Shown one piece after another: positions 19,677-29,673 of a DNA stretch of 64,000 bases. The stretch's first letter is position 1. Every line of letters begins with the position of its first letter. Made by a program: the position numbers and the translations under genes. Source of the DNA: an uncultured Candidatus Rokubacteria bacterium. Its GTDB lineage: Bacteria; Methylomirabilota; Methylomirabilia; Rokubacteriales; CSP1-6. The notes under the pieces were generated by a model that saw nothing but the letters and a program-made list of their open reading frames with translations, searched no databases and was not told the DNA's origin. The DNA lies in contig CAVYTA010000006.1 of NCBI GenBank assembly GCA_963771355.1, forward strand, positions 2,432,001 through 2,496,000, given 5' to 3'.

Positions 19677-20117
19677 ATGAGCGACTGGCGCGACAACCTG
19701 ATCACGGAGCGCGAGGCCATCGCGCCGCTGGTGCGCGCGTGCCGGCGCATCGCGGTGCTCGGCATCAAGACCGAGGCGCAGCGCGGCCAGCCCGCCTTCT
19801 ACGTGCCGGAGTACATGGCCCGCGCCGGCTACGACATCGTGCCGGTGCCGGTGTACTACCCGGAGGCCAAGGAGATTCTCGGCCGGCCCGTCTTCCGCAC
19901 GCTGCGCGAGGTGCCCGCGCCGGTGGACATGGTGAACGTCTTCCGCCGGTCCGAGGACATCCCGCCGCATGTGCCCGACATTCTCGCCGCCCGGCCCCGC
20001 GTGGCCTGGTTCCAGCTCGGCATCGTGAACGACGAGGCCGCCGAGACGCTGGCGCGTGCGGGCATCCAGGTGGTGCAGGATCGCTGCCTGCTCGTCGAGC
20101 ATCAGCGCCTGCGCTGA
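19677..20117 (+). CDS. CoA-binding protein (YccU-like)
   Basis: IAVLG, VDMVNVFRRS, WFQLGIVN, VVQDRC. Confidence 0.88.
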   Translation: MSDWRDNLITEREAIAPLVRACRRIAVLGIKTEAQRGQPAFYVPEYMARAGYDIVPVPVYYPEAKEILGRPVFRTLREVPAPVDMVNVFRRSEDIPPHVPDILAARPRVAWFQLGIVNDEAAETLARAGIQVVQDRCLLVEHQRLR

Positions 20118-20129
20118 CGCTCCCGCTCC

Positions 20130-20750
20130 TCAGGCGATCACGATCTCGCCCCCGTCGGTCGCCAGGGCCACCCGGCGCAGCCCCGGCGCGCCGGGGATCA
20201 CGACCATGGGGACGTCGGCCCCTTCCGTCCAGCGCGCGAGCCGGTCCGGCTCCGGAGTTGCCACCTCGATCCAGGCGACACCAGTGGCGCCGCTGGCGTG
20301 CCCGACCGACTGAACGCCCGGGTACTGGGCGGGATCGTCCCACTGCATGAAGAAGGGCAGCCAGCCGAGCTCGGCCGCCAGCGCGATCCCGGCGGCCTTC
20401 CACGTGAGCCGGACGCCATCGGGGCGCATCCGCTGGCGCCCCTCCGGGCTGAGGCCGAGCCGCGCCGCCACCTCCTCGATCCGGTCGGTGCGGAGCGACC
20501 AGCGGACGAGGCGGTCGCCATCGGCGATCGCCGCCAGCAGCGCGCGGCCGTAGCCCCCCGCCCGGGCGAGGGCCTCGTCCACCACGCCGAGCAGCTCGAG
20601 GTACTGGCGACCGAGGGGGACGATCCGATTGGCGGTGCCAACGCCGGGATGCACGCCGCCGTCGAGCACGGTGAGACCCAGCGCCTCCATCCTGCGGCTC
20701 GCAGCGTCGAGGTCTCGGACTCCCAGAATGACCTGGCTCAGCTCCAGCAC
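20130..20750 (-). CDS. VOC/glyoxalase-like domain protein
   Basis: VRDLDAA, GGVHPGVGTANRIVPLGRQYLEL, LPFFMQWD. Confidence 0.82.
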   Translation of the reverse strand: MLELSQVILGVRDLDAASRRMEALGLTVLDGGVHPGVGTANRIVPLGRQYLELLGVVDEALARAGGYGRALLAAIADGDRLVRWSLRTDRIEEVAARLGLSPEGRQRMRPDGVRLTWKAAGIALAAELGWLPFFMQWDDPAQYPGVQSVGHASGATGVAWIEVATPEPDRLARWTEGADVPMVVIPGAPGLRRVALATDGGEIVIA

Positions 20751-20761
20751 GCGCGTCGGCC

Positions 20762-21589
20762 TCAGCGGCGCTGCAGGCGGGGGTTCAGGGCATCGTTGAG
20801 TCCCTCGCCCACCAAGTTCAGCGCGAGCACGGTGAGGAGGATGGCCACTCCGGGCACCGCCGACATCCACCAGGCCTGGCGCAGCACGCTCCGCGACGAG
20901 CCGATCATGAAGCCCCAGCTCATGAGATTGGGGTCGCCGAGCCCCAGGAAGGAGAGGCCGGACTCCAGCAGCACCGCCGTCGCCACCATCAGCGAGCCCG
21001 TCACGATCACGGGGCCGGCGGCATTGGGCAAGATCTGCCGGAAGATGATGGCGCGCTCGGCCATCCCCAGCGCCTCGCAGGCGAGGACGAATTCCCGGTG
21101 GCGCAGGGCGATGAACTCGCCCCGCACCAGTCGCGCCACCGCGGGCCACGAGACCATGGCGATGGCGGCCACGATGCTGCGGAGGCTGGGCTGGAAGATG
21201 GCCACCAGCACCACCGCGAAGATGAAGGACGGGATGGTCTGGAAGAACTCGGTCAGCCGCATCAGCGCGTCGTCCACCCAGCCACCGCGATAGCCCGCCA
21301 CCGCGCCGATCAGGGTGCCCAGCGAGAGCGCCACCGCGGTGGCGACCAGTCCGACCAGGAGCGACACGCGCGCGCCGTGGATGACGCCGGCGGCGAGGTC
21401 GCGGCCCAGCGTATCGGTCCCGAGGGGGAACTGCCCGAAGGGTGGCGAGAAGGGCCGGCCGGCGAGATCCCAGGGATCTTGCCGATAGAGGCTTGGCCCC
21501 CCGACGGCCACGAGGAACACCAGGACGAGCACGGAGAGACCGAAGAGCGCCGGGGGCCGGCGGCGGAACCGGGCCCAGAAGGCTCGCAT
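20762..21589 (-). CDS. peptide/nickel ABC permease (DppC/OppC-like)
   Basis: PLGTDTLGRD, GARVSL, ILPNA, LLESGLSFLGLG. Confidence 0.92.
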   Translation of the reverse strand: MRAFWARFRRRPPALFGLSVLVLVFLVAVGGPSLYRQDPWDLAGRPFSPPFGQFPLGTDTLGRDLAAGVIHGARVSLLVGLVATAVALSLGTLIGAVAGYRGGWVDDALMRLTEFFQTIPSFIFAVVLVAIFQPSLRSIVAAIAMVSWPAVARLVRGEFIALRHREFVLACEALGMAERAIIFRQILPNAAGPVIVTGSLMVATAVLLESGLSFLGLGDPNLMSWGFMIGSSRSVLRQAWWMSAVPGVAILLTVLALNLVGEGLNDALNPRLQRR

Positions 21590-21596
21590 CGCGCGG

Positions 21597-22577
21597 CTAC
21601 CGCACCGCGATCCGCGGATCGAGGACGGAGTAGAGGAGGTCGGTGGCGAGATTGGCCAGCACCACCAGCAGCGACGAGAAGAGGAGCAGCCCCAGCAGGA
21701 GATTCACGTCGCGCGCGAAGACGGACTCGAAGGCCAGGCGGCCGAGCCCGGGCCAGCCGAAGACCGTCTCCACCAGCACCGAGCCCCCCAGCACATGCCC
21801 CACCTGGATGCCGGCCATGGTGATGACCGGCAGCAGCGCGTTCCGCAGCACGTGCTTCAGCGCGACCCGTCCCTCGCCCAGCCCCTTGGCCCGCGCGCTC
21901 TGCACGTAGTCGAGCGTGTAGACCTCCAGCATGGCCGCGCGCATCAGCCGCGTGTAGAGCGCCACGTAGAAGAGGGAGAGCGTGGCCGCGGGCAGGATGA
22001 GATGCCGGCCGACATCGAGCGCGTAGGCGAGCCCCCGCACCCCGGTGCCGGCCAGGGCCATCCCGTGGGTGGGCAGCCACCCCAGATGGATCCCGAACAG
22101 CACGATGAGCATGAGCCCGATCCAGAAGATGGGCGTGGCGTACGACAACAGCGCGAAGACGCTCACCACGCCGTCCACCCAGGTGTTCACGTGGCGCGCG
22201 GCGAGCACGCCGAGCAGGATGCCCAGCGTGACCGCGAGGGTGATGGCGGTACCCATGAGCACGAGGGTGGCGGGCAGCCGCGAGAGGATGAGGTCCAGCA
22301 CCGGCAGCTTGTGGCGGAAGGAGAAGCCGAGATCGAGCGAGAGCACCTGGCGGAGGTAGAAGCCGAGCTGGACGGGGAGCGGCCGGTCCAGGCCGAACTC
22401 GGCGCGAAGCTGGGCCATGAACTCCGGCGTGGCGGACCCGGACTCGCCCGCGAGCACGTCGGCGGCGTCGCCCGGCGCCAGGTGGAGCAGCGCGAAGTTG
22501 AACACCACCATGGCCAGCACCACCGGCACCGCCTGCGCGAGCCGGCGCCCCGCATAGCGCAGGCGCGACCCCGTCAC
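21597..22577 (-). CDS. peptide/nickel ABC permease (DppB/OppB-like)
   Basis: APGDAA, FGLDRPL, DLGFSF, ARAKGL, HVLRNAL, ETVFGWPGLG. Confidence 0.92.
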   Translation of the reverse strand: MTGSRLRYAGRRLAQAVPVVLAMVVFNFALLHLAPGDAADVLAGESGSATPEFMAQLRAEFGLDRPLPVQLGFYLRQVLSLDLGFSFRHKLPVLDLILSRLPATLVLMGTAITLAVTLGILLGVLAARHVNTWVDGVVSVFALLSYATPIFWIGLMLIVLFGIHLGWLPTHGMALAGTGVRGLAYALDVGRHLILPAATLSLFYVALYTRLMRAAMLEVYTLDYVQSARAKGLGEGRVALKHVLRNALLPVITMAGIQVGHVLGGSVLVETVFGWPGLGRLAFESVFARDVNLLLGLLLFSSLLVVLANLATDLLYSVLDPRIAVR

Positions 22578-22584
22578 TCGCGCC

Positions 22585-23070
22585 CTACCGCACGCGTCGC
22601 GCGACCGATGCGGCGCGCGACTCCAGGGGTCGCCCGGCCACCGGCGAGGAGAGGATGATGGAGGTGGTCGGCGTCCCGTAGCGCCCCAGCCGCTCGATGA
22701 GGGATTCGAGATGGCCGACGGAGGTGGCGGCGACGGTGAGGATGAAGCTGTCCGAGCCGGTCACATGGTGACAGTCCCGCACTTCCGGCAGCGACTTGAT
22801 GAGGCTCTTCAGCGCGGGGCACTTCTCCTCCGGCGCGCTCACCCGGATGATGGCGGGCACCACGAAGCCGAGGCGTGCCGGATCCACCTGGGCGCGGTAG
22901 CCGGTGATCAGGCCGGCGTCCTCCATCCGGCGCACGCGCTCCGCCACCGCCGGCGCGGACAGCCCCACGCGGCGGCCGAGCACGCTCCAGGACACTCGCG
23001 CGTTTTCCTGCAAGGCGCGGAGGATCTCCCAGCCGGTCGCGTCGAGCAGCCTTTCGATCTTGTCGCTCAT
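22585..23070 (-). CDS. Lrp/AsnC family transcriptional regulator
   Basis: ILRALQENAR, VGLSAPAVAERVRRMEDAGLITGY, CHHVTG. Confidence 0.93.
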   Translation of the reverse strand: MSDKIERLLDATGWEILRALQENARVSWSVLGRRVGLSAPAVAERVRRMEDAGLITGYRAQVDPARLGFVVPAIIRVSAPEEKCPALKSLIKSLPEVRDCHHVTGSDSFILTVAATSVGHLESLIERLGRYGTPTTSIILSSPVAGRPLESRAASVARRVR

Positions 23071-23190
23071 GGGTGCGGATCAGTTTAGAGATCGCGGCGG
23101 ATACGTCAAGACGCCTTCGGTTCTCGCTTCCCGCGCGAGGACCGTGTCGGGTAGTCTCATCCTGGTCATCTCACCCGATTGGAGGACGCC

Positions 23191-23688
23191 ATGCCCCTGA
23201 CCCCAGCCGAGCGGAATTCCCTGATCGAGCGCTACGCGGCGGGCCCCGCCCGGCTGCGCGGCGCCATCGCCGCCGTCCCCGCGCCGGCGCTCACGTGGCG
23301 GCCGGCCCCGGCGGAATGGTCGGCCCATGAAGTGGCCGTGCACTGCTCGGACTCCGAGACGCAAGCCGCGGGGCGCATCCGCTTCCTGGTGGCGGAGCCC
23401 CAGCCGCTCGTTCAGGGCTATGACGAGGCGGGCTGGGCCGTCACCTTCGACTATCACGCCCACCCGCTGGACGTCGCGCTGGCCACGGTGGACGCGGTGC
23501 GGGCCAACACCGCGGCGCTGATCCGCCGGCTGCCCGAAGCCGCGTGGAGCCGCGCGGGCCGTCACACCGAGTCCGGCCCCTACTCCGCCGAGGACTGGCT
23601 GCGCATCTACGCCGCCCACCTCGAGGATCATTCGCGCCAGGTCGAGGCGAACGTCGCCGCCTGGCGCGCCGCGGGGAGCCCGCGATAA
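23191..23688 (+). CDS. DinB family protein
   Basis: WSAHEVAVHCSDSE, HLEDHSRQ; divergent from the Lrp gene; GGAGG SD. Confidence 0.85.
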   Translation: MPLTPAERNSLIERYAAGPARLRGAIAAVPAPALTWRPAPAEWSAHEVAVHCSDSETQAAGRIRFLVAEPQPLVQGYDEAGWAVTFDYHAHPLDVALATVDAVRANTAALIRRLPEAAWSRAGRHTESGPYSAEDWLRIYAAHLEDHSRQVEANVAAWRAAGSPR

Positions 23689-23692
23689 CCCC

Positions 23693-24487
23693 TCAGCCCA
23701 GCATCCACATGCCGCCGTCGACGCTGATGGTCTGGCCGGTGACGTACCCGGCATCGTCCCCGCAGAAGAACAGGACGGCGCGGGCGATGTCCTCGGGGGT
23801 GCCGATGCGGCGGAGCGCGATGGAGTCGACGAGCCGCTGCTGGCCCGCCTCGCCCATGGCCTGCCACTGTCGCTCGGAGGCGGGGTTGGAGCGCACGAAG
23901 CCCGGGGCCACGCAGTTGACGCGGATCCCGTGCGCGCCCAGCTCGCGTGCAGTCTGGCGGGTGAAGCCGATGAGCCCCGCCTTGGCGCTGGCGTAGGCCT
24001 GGATGCCGGTGAGGCTGTAGGAGCGCCCGGCCCCCGAGGAGATGTTCACGATGGCGCCGCGCCCGGCGCGCTTCATGGCGGGCGCCACCGCGCGCGTGAA
24101 GTGAAAGGCGCCGTCCAGGTTGACCGCGAAGATCACGCGCCAGTCGGCGTCCGACACCTCCTCCACCGGCCGCATGACCTGGCCGGCCACGCCGCCCGCG
24201 GTATTGACGAGCACGTCCACGCGCCCGGTTTCCGTCTCCGCGCGCGTCACGAACTCACGGACGGCCTCCGCGTCACGCACGTCCACGACCGCGGCATGCG
24301 CCGGCACCGCGGCGCCGCCCGGGCGCGCGCCGGCCGCCTCCACCGCCCGGCGGGTTTCCTCGAGCTCTGCCTCGAGCACGTCGCAGCCCCAGACCGTCGC
24401 GCCCTCGCGCGCCAGGCCCACGCAGATGGCGCGCCCGATGCCGTTGGCGGCGCCGGTGACGATGGCGGTGCGGCCGTCGAGGCGCAT
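23693..24487 (-). CDS. SDR family oxidoreductase
   Basis: TGAANGIG, VNISS, YASAK, VNCVAPG; TGATG overlap with the upstream permease. Confidence 0.9.
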   Translation of the reverse strand: MRLDGRTAIVTGAANGIGRAICVGLAREGATVWGCDVLEAELEETRRAVEAAGARPGGAAVPAHAAVVDVRDAEAVREFVTRAETETGRVDVLVNTAGGVAGQVMRPVEEVSDADWRVIFAVNLDGAFHFTRAVAPAMKRAGRGAIVNISSGAGRSYSLTGIQAYASAKAGLIGFTRQTARELGAHGIRVNCVAPGFVRSNPASERQWQAMGEAGQQRLVDSIALRRIGTPEDIARAVLFFCGDDAGYVTGQTISVDGGMWMLG

Positions 24488-25384
24488 CAGAGCCGGCCCC
24501 GCAGGCGCGGGTCGAGCGCGTCGCGCAACCCGTCGCCGAGGAGATTGAAGCCCAGCACCGCGACGAGGATGGCCAGCCCCGGAATGGTGGCCACGTGCGG
24601 GGCCACCAGCAGGAGGTCGCGGCCGGTGGAGACCATGAGCCCCCACGACGGCGTGGGCGGCTGCACGCCCAGCCCCAGGAAGGACAGCGCCGCCTCCACG
24701 AGGATGGCGTTGGCCATGAAGAGGGTGGAGTACACGATCACGGTGGGGAGCACGTTGCGCAGCACGTGGCGCGTCAGCACCTGTAGCGCGCGTGGCGCCC
24801 AGCGCGCGCGCCGCGCTCACGTACTCCATCTCGCGCGCGACCATCACCGCGCCGCGCACCACGCGGATCACGGTGGGCGCCCCCCAGATGCCCACCGCCA
24901 GGGTGGTGTTGAGCACGCCGGGGCCGAGCGCGGACACCACCGCGATGGCGAGGAGGAGGTAGGGAAAGGCCAGCAGGACCTCGGTGGCCCGCATGACCAC
25001 CGCGTCGGTCCAGCCGCCGAGAAAGCCGGCCAGGCAGCCGAGCGTGAGCCCGAGCGAGAGCGCCACCGCCACCGACAGCACGCTCACCACCAGGGCGACG
25101 CGGCTCCCGTAGATCACGCGCGAGAGGATGTCCCGCCCGAACTCGTCCGCGCCGAGGAGGAACTTCCCGCCCGGCTTCGCCCGCTTCTCGATCAGGCTCT
25201 GCTTCGCGGGATCGGCGGGCGCCAGCCACGGCGCGGCCAGGGCCGCGAGGAGGAGCAGGGCCACGATGGCCAGTCCCGCCACCGCGAGGCGATTCCGCCG
25301 GAACTGGGCCCAGGCGCCGAGCCGCCCGGTCTCGTCGACGGAAAGGGCGGCGGCGTCCAGGGCGCCGGCGGCGGAGACGGCCAC
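24487..25384 (-). pseudogene. DppC-like ABC permease with a frameshift near 24785-24790 (possibly an assembly error)
   Basis: N-part LGADEFGRD...EYVSAARALGAT in ORF 23693..25384; C-part LQVLTRHVLRNVL...EAALSFLGLG in ORF 24487..24780. Confidence 0.82.
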
Positions 25385-25387
25385 CCG

Positions 25388-26311
25388 CTAGCCCTGCCGC
25401 GACACGCGGGGATCCAGGGCGCCATAGGCGAGATCCACCGCGAGATTGATGAGGACGAAGGCCACCGCGAACACCAGCACCGCTCCCTGCACCAGCACGT
25501 AGTCGCGGGCGAAGATCGCCTTGACGATGAGCCGGCCGAGGCCCGGCCATGCGAACACCGTCTCCGTCAGCACCGCGCCTCCCATGAGCTGCCCGGCCTG
25601 CAGCCCCAGCAGGGTCAGGATGGGGATGGCCGCGTTGCGGAGCGCGTGCTTGGACACCACGAGCCGCTCGGCCACGCCCTTGGCCCGCGCGGTGCGCACA
25701 TAGTCCTCGCGCAGCACGTCCAGCACGCTCGAGCGCGTCATGCGCGCGACCATCGCCACCGAGGGCAGGGCCAGCGTCACCGCGGGCAAGACGAGGTGGG
25801 CGGGCGTGCCCGCCCCGCCCACGGGGAGCCAGGGCAGCCAGAAGGCGAAGATCACGATGAGCACCAGGCCGGTCCAGAACACGGGCATGGACAGGCCGAA
25901 GAGCGATCCGATCCGGGCCACGGTGTCGAAGTACGACGACGGCCACACCGCGGAGACGAGGCCGGCGAGCACCCCCACCACCGCCGCGATCACGAGCGCC
26001 GCCACCGTGAGCTCGAGCGTCGCCGGCCAGACATCCCGGAGCTCGTCGAGCACGGGGCGGTTCTGCTGGATGGAGCGCCCGAGGTCGCCCCGCACCACGC
26101 GGCCGACATACTCCACGTAGCGGACCAGCATCGGCTTGTCGAGGCCGAGATAGTCCCGGAGCTTCGCCACCGCCTCCGGCGTGGCATGCTCGCCCAGCAT
26201 CAGCGCCACCGCGTCGCCCGGAATCAGCTCCACGGTGAGCATGACCACGAAGACGACACCCAGCAGCACCGGCACCGCCAGCATCAGGCGCCGGAGGAGG
26301 AACGTCAGCAT
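25388..26311 (-). CDS. DppB-like ABC permease
   Basis: IPGDAV, GDLGRS, DYVRTARAKG, HALRNA, ETVFAWPGLG. Confidence 0.92.
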   Translation of the reverse strand: MLTFLLRRLMLAVPVLLGVVFVVMLTVELIPGDAVALMLGEHATPEAVAKLRDYLGLDKPMLVRYVEYVGRVVRGDLGRSIQQNRPVLDELRDVWPATLELTVAALVIAAVVGVLAGLVSAVWPSSYFDTVARIGSLFGLSMPVFWTGLVLIVIFAFWLPWLPVGGAGTPAHLVLPAVTLALPSVAMVARMTRSSVLDVLREDYVRTARAKGVAERLVVSKHALRNAAIPILTLLGLQAGQLMGGAVLTETVFAWPGLGRLIVKAIFARDYVLVQGAVLVFAVAFVLINLAVDLAYGALDPRVSRQG

Positions 26312-26321
26312 CGGGAACGGG

Positions 26322-27913
26322 CTACTTGTCGAGCCAGACCTTACCCAGCCAGAGGTTGTACTCCACCGGATGGATGGTGAATCCCTTCACCGCGGCCTTG
26401 GTGGCCACGATCTCCTTGGTGGTGTACACCGGGATCCACACCATCTCCTTGGCCAGGATGTCCTGCACCTCGAAGTAGAGCTTCTCGCGCTCCGACTGGT
26501 TCAAGCTGCGGCGCGCCTGCTCGACCAGCGTGTCGATGCGGGCATTCGCATAACGAGACGTATTCCACCCCGTGGGCGGCGTCTGCTTGCTGTGGAAGAG
26601 CGCGTAGAGGGAGTAGTCCGCGTCGGCGTTCGAGGTCACCCAGCCCAGCGTGAACATGTGAGGGTTGAACGGGTTGCCGCGCACCTGCTGGAACACCGCC
26701 GCCCACTCCAGCACCTGCACCTTGGCCTCCACGCCCACTTCCTTGAACATGGCCTGGATGGCCTCGGTGATCTCGCCGTCCTTGGGATAGCGGCCGCGTG
26801 CGGTGAGCCAGGACAGCGACAGGCGCTGGCCGCCCTTCTGCATGACGCCGTCGGGGCCCGGCGTCCAGCCGGCCTGGGCGAGCAGCGCCTTGGCCTTGGC
26901 GCGATCGAACGGATAGGTCTTGTCGAGCTGCATGTCCTTGTAGCCGAACACGCCGGGCGCGAGCACGCCCAGCGCCGGACCCGCCGAGCCCTCCATGATG
27001 TTGTCGAGGATGGCCTTCCGGTCCACCGCGTGCAGGAGCGCCTGGCGCACCCGCACGTCGTCCAGCGGCGCCATGCCCGCATGCAGCCCCGCGAAGACCA
27101 CGCGAATCCCGGTGGTCTCGTGCACGGTGAACTTCGGGTCGCGGCGAAGCGCGGGCAATTGCGCCGGCGAGGGGAAGAGCACCATGTCCGCGTCGCCGGT
27201 CTGCAGCGCGATCATCCGGGCGCCTTCCTCGGGCACCACCTTGAAGATCACGCGATCGAGGAGCGCCTTGTCGCCCCAGTAGTCCGGGAATCGCTCGATG
27301 ATCACGTGCGTGTTGGTCTTCCACTCCACGAACTTGAACGGCCCCGTCCCCACCGGCGCCCGGCTGAAGTCGGCCCCCAGCTTGCCCACCGCGGTGGGCG
27401 ACACGATGCCCATGCAGTACATGGCCAGCGTGCGCAGCACCGGGCCATAGGGCTCCTTGGTGACGATGTCCACGGTGAGGTCGTCCACCACCTCGGCGCC
27501 GCTCAGCGAGCCGGCGAGGCTCGCCCAGCGCGCGGGCGGATTGCCCTTGAGCGCGCGGTCATAGGTGAACTTCACCGCGGCGGCGTTCATCGGCGTGCCG
27601 TCGTGGAACTTCACCCCGGGCCGGAGCTTGAAGCGCACCCGCGTGGGCGACATGACCTCGTAGGAGATGGCCAGCGACGGCTGCACCTGCATCTTCGTGT
27701 CCAGCGTGAGGAGCCCTTCCAGCATGTTGAAGTACACCCACGCCCCGGGGGCGGTGGTCTCGAGATTCGGCTCCAGCGAGACGGGATCGGTGGGGCGCAC
27801 GATGGTGAGGGTGCCGCCCCGCTTCTGGGCCTCGGCCGGAGCGGCGGAGGCCAGAAGTCCTGCGGCGATGGCGCCGGCGACAGGACGAGCAGGGCGTTCC
27901 GGAATCGCGTCAT
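26322..27913 (-). pseudogene. family 5 (peptide) ABC substrate-binding protein with a frameshift in the signal peptide near 27880 (possibly an assembly error)
   Basis: GGAG+ATG 27913 gives MTRFRNALLVL; the frame then switches to VAGAIAAGLLASAAPAEA-QKRGG; LRPGVKFHDG and PVGTGPF motifs. Confidence 0.8.
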
Positions 27914-29673
27914 CGGATCTCTCCTTGTGGGACGCGCGTGCCGAGCTCGGCGGCGAGCTCGGACGCCACGTCGAGGGCGTGATGCGCGCGGTTGCGCTCG
28001 CGCCCCAGCGCGGCGAGCGAGAACTTGGTGAGGTCGGCGGTGGCGTCCATGCCGGGCAGCGCCCGGGCGCCCTGCAGGCCGGCGAGCGGCGGGATGCCGA
28101 CGGCCAGGTCATGGGCGAAGCGGTCGCCGCCGGTGAAGAGCAGCGGCACCAGCACGCGCGACAGGCGCATCAGGAGCCGGTTGGCGGCGGCGGTGTCCCC
28201 GCCGTCACCGGCGGCCAGGTGCGCGAGTCCCGGCGCCGCCGCGTCCAGGGCGGCGGCCAGGGCGCGGGCGGTGTCCACCAGCGGTGAGAGGTCCATGCGG
28301 CCGCCCGCCGCCGCGTGGAGATCCGCCGCGGTGTCCGCCACCGCGCGCGCAGCGCGGGCCGGCCCCAGCGGCAGCACCGGCGCATTGCAGAGCCGCAGCG
28401 CGGAGGCCACGAAGACCTTGGTGTCCTGGGCCAGCACCGCGCCGTCGAGCTTGTCGATGGTGTCCTCGCGCGTGTGCCACCACCAGGGGAAGCCGGACGT
28501 GCCGAAGAGCCGCTCGGTGGTCCGGCCGAACTCCGTATCTTGAGGCGGGAGCTGGGACATGGACATGAAGGCGCTGGGCAGCCCGATGCCCCAGAAGGAC
28601 TGGTCGCCCGCCCGCGAGAAATGCCGCGCCCGGCCCTGCTGGCCGGTCACGTCCGCCACCACCGACTCGGCGAAATCCGCCGCGTCCTCGGTGGCGTGGA
28701 AGACGGTGAAGTCGGTCGCGCCCCGGGCCCCGGTGGAATCCACGTTGAGGTGCAGGACCCCGTGGCGCTCGAGCTCGCGCCACGCGTGGTCCGCGTACCA
28801 CGCCGAGCCCGCGTAGCGCCCGTGCGAGTGGCCGGACCAGAAGGCCAGACGCAGCCCCCGGCGGAGCGCACCCCGATGCCGGCCCAGCAGCCGCGCGACC
28901 TCGAGCATGGTGGCGTTGGCGCTGCCGTTGTCCATGGCGCCGTGATGCCAGGCGTCCACATGGCCGGAAAAGAGGGTGAAGGCCTCCTCGGCTCCCGCGA
29001 GGTGCGCGGTGAGATGCGGGATGGGCATCCACTCCGTGCGCACCCGGGTGACGAGCCGCACGCGAAGCGGACCCTCCGCGAGCCGCGCGCGCAGGCGCTC
29101 CGCGTCCACCTTCTTGATCGAGCAGCACGGGAGCTTCGGGATGCGCCACGCGGTCTCCGGCGTGGGCGTACCCCAGATGGTGGTGACGATCATGTTGTGC
29201 AGATGGTCCAGGTTGGTGAAGACCTGGCCGACGGTGCCCGCCTCCTGCGCCGCCCACGCCTTCGCCGGGGTGGCGAAGCTGTCCACCAGGGCCAGCTTCC
29301 CCCGCGCGCCGGCGCGCGCGAGGGTCTCCCCCGCGCCGTCGCCACCATCCACCAGCTCGGCCTCGAGGCCCTCGGGGCCCGTGGAGGTGGAGAACGAGTG
29401 GGTGAGCGCCGGGAGCGCGGTGCCGTCGGGCAGCAGCACGCGGGATTCGAGCGGCAGCGAGATGAAGGCCTCGATCTCGCGCCGCTCCACCTCGAGGCCA
29501 TAGCCCTTCAGGCAGCTCTCGATGTAGTCGAAGGCGCGCGCCTCGCCCGGGCTGCCGGACTCGCGCTCCCAGCTGGCGATGGCGCGGGCATGGGCCATCA
29601 GCGACTCGGCGGACACCGCGGGCAGGAGAGACGGCTCCAGCGGGTCCGGCCAGCCCCAGTGGGCGCGCTTCAC
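27910..29673 (-). CDS. M28 family peptidase with PA domain
   Basis: SGHVDAWHHGAMDNGSAN, WSGHSHGRY, NVDS, WWHTREDT; GTGA overlap. Confidence 0.85.
   Translation of the reverse strand: MKRAHWGWPDPLEPSLLPAVSAESLMAHARAIASWERESGSPGEARAFDYIESCLKGYGLEVERREIEAFISLPLESRVLLPDGTALPALTHSFSTSTGPEGLEAELVDGGDGAGETLARAGARGKLALVDSFATPAKAWAAQEAGTVGQVFTNLDHLHNMIVTTIWGTPTPETAWRIPKLPCCSIKKVDAERLRARLAEGPLRVRLVTRVRTEWMPIPHLTAHLAGAEEAFTLFSGHVDAWHHGAMDNGSANATMLEVARLLGRHRGALRRGLRLAFWSGHSHGRYAGSAWYADHAWRELERHGVLHLNVDSTGARGATDFTVFHATEDAADFAESVVADVTGQQGRARHFSRAGDQSFWGIGLPSAFMSMSQLPPQDTEFGRTTERLFGTSGFPWWWHTREDTIDKLDGAVLAQDTKVFVASALRLCNAPVLPLGPARAARAVADTAADLHAAAGGRMDLSPLVDTARALAAALDAAAPGLAHLAAGDGGDTAAANRLLMRLSRVLVPLLFTGGDRFAHDLAVGIPPLAGLQGARALPGMDATADLTKFSLAALGRERNRAHHALDVASELAAELGTRVPQGEIR

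Noticed and set aside
23693..25384. Novel permease-SDR fusion protein
   Set aside because: Explained by a frameshift; the missing permease C-half is in another frame and the SDR has its own coupled ATG.
23930..26380. Long antisense and alternate-frame ORFs (this 816-aa ORF, 40706..43402, 2752..4905 and many others)
   Set aside because: Shadow ORFs caused by high GC and codon bias opposite well-supported genes; no motifs.
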